Shown here: positions 1-9,921 of the stretch, one piece after another
Layout of the letters: each line of letters opens with the position of its first letter
Numbering within the stretch: the stretch's first letter is position 1
DNA from: Gammaproteobacteria bacterium
GTDB taxonomy: Bacteria > Pseudomonadota > Gammaproteobacteria > UBA4575
Assembly: GCA_022824965.1 (NCBI GenBank)
Contig: JAJDYY010000002.1
Span: forward strand, 58,929 to 122,928
Length of the DNA: 64,000 nucleotides
Direction: 5' to 3'
The notes under the pieces: generated by a model
Told to the model about the DNA's origin: nothing
The model's database searches: none
What the model saw: only the letters and a program-made list of their open reading frames with translations
Made by a program: the position numbers and the translations under genes

Positions 1-291
1 GTAACCGCCAGGGTGGATGGCCCCGTGCGACCGAGATACACCTGCAAGATCCTGCACGAAGCGACCCACGCACCCTTTCACGGCTATAATCGTGCACAGT
101 CGGCCGTCATCGAACTTGCGATCCTGGTCAGCCGGTTGCACATGCTGCCCCAGGCCAGGGTCCATCAGGAAATCAGCTACCTGAGAATCGGCGTGGACAA
201 GACTGCGGGTCCACGCGAGCTTGAGGCGTGGGACTGGCTGATGACGAAGGTGGACAGTTACCAGACATCGAAAAAGGAGAGCCGTCAATGA
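1..291 (+). CDS. DUF447-family protein of H4MPT/methanofuran clusters (5'-truncated)
   Basis: Frame open from base 1; PFHGYNRAQSAVIELAILVSRL...KTAGPRE motif; stop overlaps next ATG (ATGA). Confidence 0.75.
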   Translation, partial: VTARVDGPVRPRYTCKILHEATHAPFHGYNRAQSAVIELAILVSRLHMLPQARVHQEISYLRIGVDKTAGPRELEAWDWLMTKVDSYQTSKKESRQ

Positions 292-1004
292 CAGGGATGC
301 TTGCAAGCGTACGTAACCTTGATGAGGCTAATCTGGCCTGCCGGGAAGGAGCCGATATTGTCGACCTGAAGGAGCCGAGCGACGGCGCCCTGGGGGCCGT
401 TCCCCTGAACACCGTGTACCACATCGTCGACGAGTTATGGGAAAAATGCCAGATCAGTGCCACTATCGGCGACCTCCCTGCCAACCTTTGCGCGATTGAA
501 GATCAAGTCATGAAAACCGCAGAAACCGGAGTCGATTACGTCAAGGTGGGCATGTTCAGCCAACGACACATTGAAGACTGCCTGCCGGGCCTGGCCTCCT
601 GCTCACGCAGGGGTATCGCGGTCATTGCCGTCTTGTTTGCGGATACCGAATTTGACGCGGATCAAGTCATTCGCAGCGTAAAGCATGCCGGCCTGAAAGG
701 CATCATGCTGGATACCGCGGGCAAAGGCTCAGGCAGCCTGCTTCGCTACCAAAACATCTTCTCACTTGAGTATTTCGTGAATCGCTCACGCCAGTCCGGC
801 CTGCTCACGGGGCTGGCAGGCTCTCTGACGATCAAGGATATTCCGACACTCCTGAGAGTCACTCCTGATTACATCGGGTTTCGCACGGCATTGTGTTCGG
901 AGCTGGAAAGAGCCAGCGGTATAGACGAGAATGCCCTGCGGGACGTCAGAAGAGCGATACCAGTGGTCCCGGACACCCTCTACAAGCGGACCAGCTCCTC
1001 GTGA
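288..1004 (+). CDS. mfnB: (5-formylfuran-3-yl)methyl phosphate synthase (DUF556)
   Basis: MLASV..GADIVDLKEP..GALGA, SATIGD, DYVKVG, MLDTAGK, GLAGSL motifs; AAGGAG RBS before ATG 288. Confidence 0.9.
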   Translation: MTGMLASVRNLDEANLACREGADIVDLKEPSDGALGAVPLNTVYHIVDELWEKCQISATIGDLPANLCAIEDQVMKTAETGVDYVKVGMFSQRHIEDCLPGLASCSRRGIAVIAVLFADTEFDADQVIRSVKHAGLKGIMLDTAGKGSGSLLRYQNIFSLEYFVNRSRQSGLLTGLAGSLTIKDIPTLLRVTPDYIGFRTALCSELERASGIDENALRDVRRAIPVVPDTLYKRTSSS

Positions 1005-3505
1005 GAGCCTGCCGGGGCCGTGGTCTCCAGCAATAAGGGAATCACGCTGAAGGTTGCGAACAGGGAGATCAGCATGGCAATGCTGGTCAGCAGGCCGAAA
1101 TAGATCGAGGGGAAAAAGCTCGACAGCACCAGTATCACGAAGCCCAGCGAGATAGTGATCGAGGTGAAGTAAAGTGCCTTGCCGGCCGTGGTCTGCGCGG
1201 TGCGAATGGCCTCCAGGTTGCCGCGACTGCGCGCACGCTCGCGCTTGTAGCGATGAATGTAGTGAATGGCGTAATCCACACCAACCCCGACGGTGATGGC
1301 GGCGGTGGTAATCGTCATGATATCCAGCGGGATTCCCGACATGCCGATCAGTCCGAGAACAAAGAGCACGGTGAACATGTTTGGCAAGGCGCCGATCAGG
1401 GCCAGCTTCAGGCTGCGGAACAGGAAGGTCAGTACAACAAGGATGCAGGCAAACACCGTGCCCAGGGTCAGGATCTGCGAATGGAACAGGCTTTGCAAAA
1501 CGTTGTTGTACAGAACGCTGATCCCGGTCAGCCTGAACTCCTCGTTGTCCCTGACAAGACTGCCATCGATATCGGCACGAATCTTGTTCAGCAGATCATT
1601 CCTGACCAGGGAAGGATCAGAGTCCCGGATACGCGCAAGAATCCTGGCCTGGTTTCCATCCGCGGAGACGTAGGGGGCGATCATGGCCTGTTTCACGTTT
1701 TCCGGCACCTTCGAGTAGATCATCGACAGGTGGAAGTCCTCGAGTTCCTCCCCGTCGTTAACCAGGCGCATCACCTCTTCAATACTGGAAAGTGACAGCA
1801 CTTTACCGATCTCGGGCAATCCCTCGAGATACTTGTGAATCCTGTCGATCTTCCTGATCCCTAACCGGTTGTACCAATAGCTCGTCGCTGTGAAATCGTC
1901 CTGAGTGTCCTCGAGACCTGCTAAATAGTCGTCAAACTCGTCAAATTCGTCATCCTCCCCGCTGATGTCGATCTCCGGGGTGGTTTCGCGCGTGGCGTCC
2001 AGGATCACCTCCAGCGGGGAAATACCGCCCAGTTCCTGGTCGATCACGGCCAGTCCCTGATAGATATCCGTGGACTTCTTGAAATAATCAATAAACCGGT
2101 TTTCCACCGTAAGCTGACCGATCCCTACCAGGCTGAACAGGAACATCCCCGTCAGTATCACGGCGGCAGTCGTCTTGTTTCCCAGCACCAGTTTGAGCAC
2201 CCGTTCAAGAAGTACGGAAGACGTATCGTTGCGGACCTGCCGGGGCCTGGGTTCAAACAGGGTAATCAGTGCCGGCAGCACCGTGAATGTCAGCAGGAAC
2301 GCGCAGAAAAGGCCAAGAATCATGATGTGGCCGAACGTAATGATTGGCCGTATGTCACTGACTGTCAACGAGAAAAAGGCAATGGCAGTCGTCAGGACCA
2401 TGTACAGGCAAGGCGTCACGATCTGCGAAACCGCCGTGCCGGTATTTTCCCGGGTGCCCGCATCCGGATTGAGGGACTGGATTTCCTGGTAGCGAATGAT
2501 CACGTGTATCGACAAGGCGATCGAGAAGATGAGCAGCAGGGCCACGAAGTTAGACGAGATCACGGTCAGCTGGTAGTCCATCAATCCGATCAGCCCGGAA
2601 ACCAGCAAAACACTTAGTACGGCACACACCAGCGCCAGGAACACCCAGGCCAGGCTCCTGAAAAAGATCAGCAGCACGATCACCATGATGACAGCAATGG
2701 CTGCGCCGAAGGTGGTCAGGTCCTGGCGAACGAAGTCCTTCATGTCGTTGTTCACCAGCGGGGCGCCCGCCAGGTAGAACTGGCCGGAATCTCCGAGACC
2801 TGATAGATCGGCACGCATGGAAGTGAGGACTTGCCTGTAATGATCGTTGCTCAGATCCCTTTGCTCGCGGATACCGGCACGGACCGACTCCAGCTCGACT
2901 TCTTCCGCATCGGTAATGGATCTGTCGTCCTGCTTTTGCAAAAGCGCGTACCGCTGCTCCTGCAGGTCCCACAGCACCTGGTTTTTAAAAAAGCCCACAT
3001 GGATGGCAGTCATGCCGAGGTTCCGGTTCACCAGATTGTCCAGGTAAATGGAACTCGTGGTGAATTCCTCCCTTGCCTTGTCGATGTCCACCTCGGGCGA
3101 CAGCAGGTTGGGATACTCGATGCTGCCGGTCTCTTCATCCTTGATCGGCTGCATCAGCAGCGGCACGTTGGTGATCGAGGTCACCGCCTCGACACGGTCA
3201 AGATTTTCGAACTTGCGTACCAGTCCATCGATCAGCAGGATCGTTTCCCGGCTCAGCATTTCGCCATTGGGCTTGTAGCCGACAATCAGGAATTCATCCG
3301 TGCTGTAGTGGCGATGCACCTCCCGGTAATATTTGAGATCGGGATCGCTTTCCAGCATGAGCGAGTCCGCGGAGGAGTCGATATCCAGCCTTTTGATGTA
3401 CGGACTGGTGGCCGCAATCAGTGCGAGCACGCAAAGGATCACGGGATAGGGATAGTTCGTGACAATGCGAAAAAAGGCGTTTACCGAGGACTGCAACATC
3501 AGCAT
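980..3505 (-). CDS. MMPL/RND-family transporter
   Basis: 841 aa with two repeats of periplasmic loop plus TM bundle; GVGVDYAIHYIHRY motif. Confidence 0.85.
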   Translation of the reverse strand: MLMLQSSVNAFFRIVTNYPYPVILCVLALIAATSPYIKRLDIDSSADSLMLESDPDLKYYREVHRHYSTDEFLIVGYKPNGEMLSRETILLIDGLVRKFENLDRVEAVTSITNVPLLMQPIKDEETGSIEYPNLLSPEVDIDKAREEFTTSSIYLDNLVNRNLGMTAIHVGFFKNQVLWDLQEQRYALLQKQDDRSITDAEEVELESVRAGIREQRDLSNDHYRQVLTSMRADLSGLGDSGQFYLAGAPLVNNDMKDFVRQDLTTFGAAIAVIMVIVLLIFFRSLAWVFLALVCAVLSVLLVSGLIGLMDYQLTVISSNFVALLLIFSIALSIHVIIRYQEIQSLNPDAGTRENTGTAVSQIVTPCLYMVLTTAIAFFSLTVSDIRPIITFGHIMILGLFCAFLLTFTVLPALITLFEPRPRQVRNDTSSVLLERVLKLVLGNKTTAAVILTGMFLFSLVGIGQLTVENRFIDYFKKSTDIYQGLAVIDQELGGISPLEVILDATRETTPEIDISGEDDEFDEFDDYLAGLEDTQDDFTATSYWYNRLGIRKIDRIHKYLEGLPEIGKVLSLSSIEEVMRLVNDGEELEDFHLSMIYSKVPENVKQAMIAPYVSADGNQARILARIRDSDPSLVRNDLLNKIRADIDGSLVRDNEEFRLTGISVLYNNVLQSLFHSQILTLGTVFACILVVLTFLFRSLKLALIGALPNMFTVLFVLGLIGMSGIPLDIMTITTAAITVGVGVDYAIHYIHRYKRERARSRGNLEAIRTAQTTAGKALYFTSITISLGFVILVLSSFFPSIYFGLLTSIAMLISLFATFSVIPLLLETTAPAGSHEELVRL

Positions 3506-3561
3506 ATTTCATCCATTCGCATTTTTATACACGGGTACGTAAACCGATGCAAAGTCTCAAA

Positions 3562-4155
3562 TCAGGGAGCATCCCCGCCCAGCCATTGCCCAAACTCACC
3601 TGCCTTGGACTTGTGCAGGAAATGAGCCTTTATTGGAGAACCGGTGAGCAGCCCCGGCAAAACCGCATCCACACAGCCGTGCGCTTGCAGCTGGCTCACC
3701 GTCATCCTTGAAAGCGTCAGCGGGGAGGATTTTACAAACACCAGCTGTGTCACGGACAGGTACCCGGCCAGCCAGGCAGCAAGGCTGTCCGAGGTGACCT
3801 CCCAGGTCTTCGGCAGTTCACACTGCTGACTGACCAGGGGGTACGGCTCCCAGATGACCGCGCAGCCCTCCTTCCAGCAGGCATGGATCTCCTCCCTGCT
3901 ACTGGCAAGCTGAAGTCCGGGGCAAATGGATGCCATCAGGCAGGCAAATTGCTGCATGGCCAGTACCGCCATGTAGTGTGCCTGCGCAGGTTCCAGGCCA
4001 AACTGCTTATCGGCTTTTCGGACCAGATCCGCAAAGGGGCCCCCGCCCGGCACGATCACCAGCTGATGGGAACCCAGGGCCTGCAGCGTGTCCAGCCATT
4101 CCTGCAAACGGCTGCTTGCGTACAGGCTGCCGCCTACTTTAACGACCCAGGGCAT
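3562..4155 (-). CDS. Amino-acid-kinase-family protein, MfnE-like
   Basis: VVKVGGSL, VPGGGPFAD, WEVTSDSLA motifs; methanofuran gene context. Confidence 0.85.
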   Translation of the reverse strand: MPWVVKVGGSLYASSRLQEWLDTLQALGSHQLVIVPGGGPFADLVRKADKQFGLEPAQAHYMAVLAMQQFACLMASICPGLQLASSREEIHACWKEGCAVIWEPYPLVSQQCELPKTWEVTSDSLAAWLAGYLSVTQLVFVKSSPLTLSRMTVSQLQAHGCVDAVLPGLLTGSPIKAHFLHKSKAGEFGQWLGGDAP

Positions 4156-5530
4156 CGGCCCGGTTTCCCTCCAGCAAACGCATCATGGCCGTCGCCTTGT
4201 CCAGGGTCTCCTGGTATTCTGCCTCCGCGCTGGAGTCCTGGACGATCCCGCCGCCTGCAAAAAAGTACATGTGCTGTTGACGGTGCAGGATCGTGCGGAT
4301 CGCGATATTCATGTCCATATTCCCGTCAAAGCCCAGGTAGCCGATGGAGCCACAGTAGACCCCTCGACGATGCGGTTCCAGCTCCTCGATGATTTCCATC
4401 GAACGGATTTTGGGCGCGCCGGTGATGGAGCCTCCCGGGAAACAGCCGCGCAGCAGATCCAGCGCCGAACGCCGCTTTGACAATTTCCCGGTGATGGTAC
4501 TCACCATGTGATGCACGTTCGGGAAGCTTTCAACATCGAAAAGGCTTGGTACCCGTACGGACCCGAGTGCACAGTTTTTGCTGATGTCGTTACGCATCAG
4601 GTCGACGATCATCAGGTTCTCGGCCTGATCCTTCAGGCTGTTGGCAAGTTCCTGCGCAAGCACACGATCCTTGCGCGGATCAGGGGAGCGCGGACGTGTG
4701 CCCTTGATAGGCCGAGTCTTGACGGCCTTTCCCCGGACAGATAAAAACTGTTCCGGTGAGTTGCACAGTACCTGTAACTCCGGGTAGTTCATGTAGGCAC
4801 TGAAGGGAGAAGGATTGATTTTTCTCAATATCCGGTAGGCGGACCAAGGGCAGCCCTCTACCCCCGCAACAAACCGTTGCGCCAGATTCACCTGATAGCA
4901 GTCTCCCCGCAGGATGTAGTTTTTCACCTGACTGAACGCCCGCCCGTAATGCTCCCGTGTCATGTTGGAAGTCACCGGGGTGGTTACACGGAACTCAGGC
5001 GACTTCCCGCGTGTGCACGGGCCGGTAAAAAGCTTGATGAGCTCGTTCCAGTCCCGCTTGACCCTCGTGCGGGAACGATCTCCGACCAGTACGGACCTTT
5101 TTTTCTGGTGATCAACCACCACCGCCCAGGAATAAATCCCCATGACCATGTCCGGCACGCCGACATCGTCTTTAGCAATGGCATGAATCCTCTCCATGTA
5201 GCGGCACAGGTCATAGCTGAGAAATCCAATCGCACCTCCGGTAAAGGGCAGGTCCGGTACGTTTTCCCAGGATTTGGAAAGCAGGTCACCCAGCACGGCG
5301 AAGGGGCCCTCAAGAACCGTATAGGACTGGGAATAGGTCTGTATTTTCGTCTTGCGATCCTGCGTGGTGATACATACCTCAGGTCTTGATGCCAGGATGT
5401 CGTAGCGGCCATGTGTGCCAAGAGCCGGACTGCTGTCAATAAAAACAGCCCAGGGTTCCTCTGCAATCCTGTCGAACAGCGGTGCACTGTCCCCTAGATA
5501 GGGAAGATCGGCAAACGAAAGTCCACTCAC
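4139..5530 (-). CDS. pabB: Aminodeoxychorismate synthase component I
   Basis: GDCYQVNL, SPEQF, PIKGT, ENLMIVDLMRND, FPGGSITGAPK; GTG start inferred from GTGA overlap with upstream stop. Confidence 0.92.
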   Translation of the reverse strand: MSGLSFADLPYLGDSAPLFDRIAEEPWAVFIDSSPALGTHGRYDILASRPEVCITTQDRKTKIQTYSQSYTVLEGPFAVLGDLLSKSWENVPDLPFTGGAIGFLSYDLCRYMERIHAIAKDDVGVPDMVMGIYSWAVVVDHQKKRSVLVGDRSRTRVKRDWNELIKLFTGPCTRGKSPEFRVTTPVTSNMTREHYGRAFSQVKNYILRGDCYQVNLAQRFVAGVEGCPWSAYRILRKINPSPFSAYMNYPELQVLCNSPEQFLSVRGKAVKTRPIKGTRPRSPDPRKDRVLAQELANSLKDQAENLMIVDLMRNDISKNCALGSVRVPSLFDVESFPNVHHMVSTITGKLSKRRSALDLLRGCFPGGSITGAPKIRSMEIIEELEPHRRGVYCGSIGYLGFDGNMDMNIAIRTILHRQQHMYFFAGGGIVQDSSAEAEYQETLDKATAMMRLLEGNRADALGR

Positions 5531-6579
5531 AGGCAATACCTCTGGTATGCCAAGCAGGCCAGCGAGGCGGCCGGCAAACAATCCCCGGTATCCGGTCCAT
5601 CCTTGATGCCTTCCTGTTCAAACAGCCCGGCACAGTCCACGTAAGGCCGATTCAGGCGCCTGGCGATTTCACGTACAAGAAACCTCCCTGTTCCGGCTCC
5701 TGCAACCGGTGCGTCCAGGCCCAGTCCGGTCCTCAGCATCTGCTTGCGGCAGGCATCCAAGATGGTTTGGACCTGCTGTTCGCGCACGTAGACGGCCACG
5801 GCCCTCCACGTATCCTGCGGTTTTGTTGCTGCATCGTAGCCAAACATTCTTGCCAGCCGGATTGCACTCGAATCCTGGCCTCTGCCCCGTCCATCCAGTG
5901 TGGGGCTGGTGTCCGCATGGGAAGGAAGTTCTCCTGTAAGCCGGTACACATCTGCAGCATTTGCAAAATATTCATTCATGAGTGGAATCAGGCGTCCCTC
6001 CACCGGGGCTGCACTGCAAAGCGCAAATACCGGGGTCCTTGCCACACCGCAATACACGAGCTCGCGTGCATGGAGTCTTTCCGGGTCCGAGTAGCCCTCA
6101 TTCACGACGCGGTGCTCCCGAATTCCGATGACATCCGTCGTGGTGCTGCCAATATCAATGAGCAATGCATCCTTCAGCTGCGTGGCAATGAAGCTTCCGC
6201 TGGCCAGCCAGTTTGCAGAGGCGACCTGTGCATACAGTTCGCCCAGTTCACTTCTATGCACCCATCCTTTGGATCCGGCAAAGTAGACGATTTCGTTATC
6301 CTCGAACCGGTGCAGGAGGGCCTCGGCAATCCGGACAATGCCCTCCTTGCGGTCACCGAAGTGATCGACCAGTTCACCGGTCATCGTGACGGCCAGCATG
6401 CAGTGTGAGCAATTGAACTGTTCATGGACCCGGTCGATCGCAGCATGCAACTGCTCCAGCCCCTTCCACAAGGGACAGGGAGCTTGAACGACCTGCGATA
6501 CCCGCCCGGCCCCGGTTGCCGAGACCGCTTTCAGATGGGCACCCCCAACATCGAGGCCCATCACGCTCTCAGGCGACAC
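5527..6579 (-). CDS. Hydantoinase/oxoprolinase-family H4MPT-linked protein, MfnF-like
   Basis: GLDVGGAHLK, PLW, TMTGELVD, SANW, DIGSTTTD motifs; start GTG 6579 or ATG 6561. Confidence 0.85.
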   Translation of the reverse strand: MSPESVMGLDVGGAHLKAVSATGAGRVSQVVQAPCPLWKGLEQLHAAIDRVHEQFNCSHCMLAVTMTGELVDHFGDRKEGIVRIAEALLHRFEDNEIVYFAGSKGWVHRSELGELYAQVASANWLASGSFIATQLKDALLIDIGSTTTDVIGIREHRVVNEGYSDPERLHARELVYCGVARTPVFALCSAAPVEGRLIPLMNEYFANAADVYRLTGELPSHADTSPTLDGRGRGQDSSAIRLARMFGYDAATKPQDTWRAVAVYVREQQVQTILDACRKQMLRTGLGLDAPVAGAGTGRFLVREIARRLNRPYVDCAGLFEQEGIKDGPDTGDCLPAASLACLAYQRYCL

Positions 6580-7564
6580 GTCTGCCCTCGAGGTCCACAT
6601 CGACAGGAACATTGCAAGATGGCACGACCGCTGGCAACGCCTGTTCGGCGAAGCATTGCAGGATCCATTGCGCGGGGTTCGCGCCAAGGGCAGAGCCAAG
6701 ACCTACATAGGACGTGGTCAGTCTCGGGTTGATCTCTACCAGCAAAATCTCCTCCTCCGTGACGATTGCATCCACGCCCACGTAACCACGCAACCCGGGC
6801 AGCGCCTCGGCGATCCGGCTTGCAAAGCCTGTAAATTTCCGCTTCTCGAATGCGCCTACCCGGCATCCCGTCCACAGCAAAGACCCACCCTCTTCCCGAA
6901 CCTGTTGCCTGTTGCAACTCAATACGTGGCACGCACCGTTCCAACACAACAGACTCAGGCTGACATGGGCTCCCTGGACATAGGGCTGGAATATGAAGCG
7001 TTCATGATCGGAGCCAGCAGCTGCAGCTTGCAATTCGGACCGGTTTTCCAGCAAGGAGATATTGGAGCAGCCTACTCCATCCTCCGGCTTCATCACGAAC
7101 CGATCGCCCTGCAGGGACCCGATATCCGCCGCTGTGCAGGTCGGAACTTGTGAAATCTCATGTGTCAGCAAATGCCGGTAGGTCGCAAACTTGTGGCTAG
7201 TCAGCCGGATGGTCTGTGGTTCGGCATTCAACAATTGAAACGATTTCTCCGAGTACCTTTTACACAGCGAAAACAAAATCTCATCGTTTTCCGGTGCAAT
7301 GAACAGCATGGAATGCACGGTATCCGCCAACGCATCGAGCCGGGTATCATGGGACTCTCCCGGTTCGACCACAACCGTGTGGGCTCCCGGTACATCCTTG
7401 CAGAGGCGATGATCCCTGAGTACAAGGACATCGCAGCCGGGCAGTGCCCGGAAGTCGTTGACGGCGGCGTACAGCATCATGTCGCCTTCCCTTGCCAGTG
7501 AGGCAGGCAGCGGCTGGCCGATCAGGCCACCGCCGGTGATATACTCGAAAATCAGGATATTCAT
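6569..7564 (-). CDS. ATP-grasp ligase, MfnD (tyramine-glutamate ligase)-like
   Basis: MNILIFEYITGGG..EGDMM, IAPE, KPEDGVG, EINPRLTTSY motifs. Confidence 0.85.
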   Translation of the reverse strand: MNILIFEYITGGGLIGQPLPASLAREGDMMLYAAVNDFRALPGCDVLVLRDHRLCKDVPGAHTVVVEPGESHDTRLDALADTVHSMLFIAPENDEILFSLCKRYSEKSFQLLNAEPQTIRLTSHKFATYRHLLTHEISQVPTCTAADIGSLQGDRFVMKPEDGVGCSNISLLENRSELQAAAAGSDHERFIFQPYVQGAHVSLSLLCWNGACHVLSCNRQQVREEGGSLLWTGCRVGAFEKRKFTGFASRIAEALPGLRGYVGVDAIVTEEEILLVEINPRLTTSYVGLGSALGANPAQWILQCFAEQALPAVVPSCNVPVDVDLEGRRVA

Positions 7565-7570
7565 CGATAT

Positions 7571-8281
7571 GTGATGCAGATCATTCCGGTACTGGACCTC
7601 TCCAGGGGACAGGTTGTCCATGCAAAAAAAGGCAGCCGCAAGCATTATAGGCCAATACAATCCTCCCTATGTGCCTCTTCGCATCCGCTGGAAGTCGTCC
7701 GCAGCTACATCGGGCTTTACCCTTTCCGAACCCTGTATGTCGCAGACCTGGATGCCATAGAACGGCATGGGGATAACAGGGAGGTCATCCGGGTACTCGG
7801 TCTTGAGTACCCGGACCTTGAAATCTGGCTGGACACTGGGCTCTCGCTGGTGGATCACTATCTGAAAAACCCGGATATGTTTTCACTGCGCATCATCTTG
7901 TCCACCGAATCCTTGCATTCAGCATCCGCTGCTGCGTCCCTGATGAAAGACCATCCCGGGCATCCCTTCATCCTCTCTGTGGATCACAGGTCGGGGGAGC
8001 TCCTGGGTTCACCGGACATCCTTCGGACCCGGGACTGGTGGCCAACGGATATCATCATTCTTAATCTCGATCTGGTAGGCACAAAAGAAGGCATGTCCCT
8101 CCCCGGCGGGTTGAACTGCGAGGGGCTGTTTGATCAGTACAACGTTTATTACGGAGGCGGAATCAGTTCCTTGGCCGAACTGATGCACCTGAAAGACCTG
8201 GGTGCAGCCGGTGCACTGCTTGCCACCTCGCTGCATGATGAGATGATCTGCAGGGAAGACCTGCTGTGTTTTGGGCAATGA
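7571..8281 (+). CDS. HisA/HisF-related TIM-barrel protein of H4MPT clusters
   Basis: IIPVLDL..GQVVHA..G.R..Y.P, LYVADLDAI, YGGGI motifs. Confidence 0.85.
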   Translation: MMQIIPVLDLSRGQVVHAKKGSRKHYRPIQSSLCASSHPLEVVRSYIGLYPFRTLYVADLDAIERHGDNREVIRVLGLEYPDLEIWLDTGLSLVDHYLKNPDMFSLRIILSTESLHSASAAASLMKDHPGHPFILSVDHRSGELLGSPDILRTRDWWPTDIIILNLDLVGTKEGMSLPGGLNCEGLFDQYNVYYGGGISSLAELMHLKDLGAAGALLATSLHDEMICREDLLCFGQ

Positions 8282-8348
8282 CGTCCGGTTCGGCAGGGCT
8301 ACCCGTGAGTCCCTGCTCCGGACAAGCCCGGCAACATGGGAGAACTGC

Positions 8349-8380
8349 AAAAAAATGCCCCGCGGATGCGGGGCATTTTT
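8349..8380. terminator. Bidirectional intrinsic terminator between convergent hisA-like gene and fae
   Basis: AAAAAAATGCCCCGC-GGAT-GCGGGGCATTTTT: perfect stem flanked by A and T tracts. Confidence 0.85.
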
Positions 8381-8401
8381 ACAGCTTGGCTTGAGAGCTG
8401 A

Positions 8402-8929
8402 TCAGAATCCCTTGAACGGGTGTTCTGCGCTGTCTTTCTGGGCTACAACCTCAGCAGCTTTCGGCTCATCCTTGATCGCACGTACCAGGGCTTCTTTCGT
8501 AGCCTTGTAGTTGTTTTCGTAAATGGCCTCATCACTCTTGGCTTCCCAGTGGATGAAGACGCCAACACAAATGAAGAGATCATCCGCCTCATCAGCAGGC
8601 ACGGTGCCATCGGCAACGCTGTCCGCAACGGCCTTCGCCACTGCCGCCTGCGCAGGACCAAACATCTGAACCGCCTGGCCTGCACCCTTGATGGTCACTT
8701 TGTTGAACATCATGGTGTTGGGCTTACAAGGTAAATTTGGAGCAACCACGGCCAACAGGGTAGTAAAACCGTCCTTGTTGTTTACCAGGCCATTGCAAAA
8801 GGCAGATTCCACAGCCGACCCGCGCGGACCTACCAGCAAGTCAATATGTGCAATCTCTGCCATGGTGCCGGAGGGATCGTTATCATTAACAAGTGATTCC
8901 CCGACCATTACTCTGTTAATTATTGCCAT
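8402..8929 (-). CDS. fae: Formaldehyde-activating enzyme
   Basis: VGESLV, AHIDL..GPRG, KPNT..FNKVTIK, QMFGPAQ, VFIHW, NYKATK motifs. Confidence 0.96.
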   Translation of the reverse strand: MAIINRVMVGESLVNDNDPSGTMAEIAHIDLLVGPRGSAVESAFCNGLVNNKDGFTTLLAVVAPNLPCKPNTMMFNKVTIKGAGQAVQMFGPAQAAVAKAVADSVADGTVPADEADDLFICVGVFIHWEAKSDEAIYENNYKATKEALVRAIKDEPKAAEVVAQKDSAEHPFKGF

Positions 8930-9038
8930 TATATTTTTCTCCTGTTCTATTTTTAGTTGTCGACAAGCTGCAGACTAATCTGTCCGCCCGTATCCTTTTG
9001 GAATTTGGAATTGTGTCAGCACGCCACTATAACACGCT

Positions 9039-9887
9039 TTACAGCATTTCCAGTCCCTCTGCAAAGATGCTCGCTACCGTAAGGTCCGCTGTGGTCCCCG
9101 GGTTGATTCGGTCACGCTTGAGACAGTCGTCAATTTCCAGCAACTGAGTCTTATACCTGACCGGCGAATCCGAACGGCAGAATTCCTTTTCAAACGGAGT
9201 GATCATATCACTTATTTCTCGCGCTTTTAACATGCCGCATTTTCGCCCGATCAGGCTGTCCGGAAAGCGGGCCAAAAACGCCAGATACAGCCCGCACGCG
9301 GCCCAGCACTCGTCCCTCCAGCGCATCAGCAGGGATCGGTAATGCGGGCGTCCAAAATGAAAAATGTCATGAAAATTGCTTGAATACTGCAAGGCGACCC
9401 GATCTTTCGAGGCAGATAATTCCATTGCACTTAAGAGGGTTACAGTGGGCTCTTCAGATATATCCTGAGATTCGGCCTGTCCCAGCCCCCCGGGCTGTGC
9501 CAAGCGTATGGCCTGATACACATCCCTTGCGTCCTGTACTGTCGAATGGTGCAGGGTTTCCTGCAGTGCTGCCTCAAGTTTCCTGCCTGCACGGCCCTGC
9601 CAGGCCTGGATCAGGGGGGCTGTGAGCAAGATGATTCCAAGGTTGGTATTGGTATCTACCGCCTGGCGAGTAGCCTGCACGGCCTGCAGGATCCGTTCAC
9701 CCAGGGTCAGCCCCGGGCAAACCAAAGGTGGTGCACTTGCCTGGGCACTGTCCAGGAACTCCTGGACCCCCGGTGTGGATGCATCTGAATGGATACTGGT
9801 GTTACCGGGCTTGAGAGCCTGTATGTCCAGCCAGCATACATGCCGATACAGGCTAATCAGATTTGAGTGGGTATTGTATTCCCGCAT
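9039..9887 (-). CDS. CitG-like triphosphoribosyl-dephospho-CoA synthase family (H4MPT cluster)
   Basis: KPGN, NTNLGIILL, DSLI.RK, NPGTTADL motifs; start estimated. Confidence 0.85.
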   Translation of the reverse strand: MREYNTHSNLISLYRHVCWLDIQALKPGNTSIHSDASTPGVQEFLDSAQASAPPLVCPGLTLGERILQAVQATRQAVDTNTNLGIILLTAPLIQAWQGRAGRKLEAALQETLHHSTVQDARDVYQAIRLAQPGGLGQAESQDISEEPTVTLLSAMELSASKDRVALQYSSNFHDIFHFGRPHYRSLLMRWRDECWAACGLYLAFLARFPDSLIGRKCGMLKAREISDMITPFEKEFCRSDSPVRYKTQLLEIDDCLKRDRINPGTTADLTVASIFAEGLEML

Positions 9888-9921
9888 CGAATTTCGCAAG
9901 ACGGCGGATACCCTCTTGGCC

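Noticed and set aside
8860-8895. Short insertion in the Fae N-terminal loop ([11 protein letters not shown])
   Set aside because: Catalytic His motif is intact; probably a neutral surface loop.
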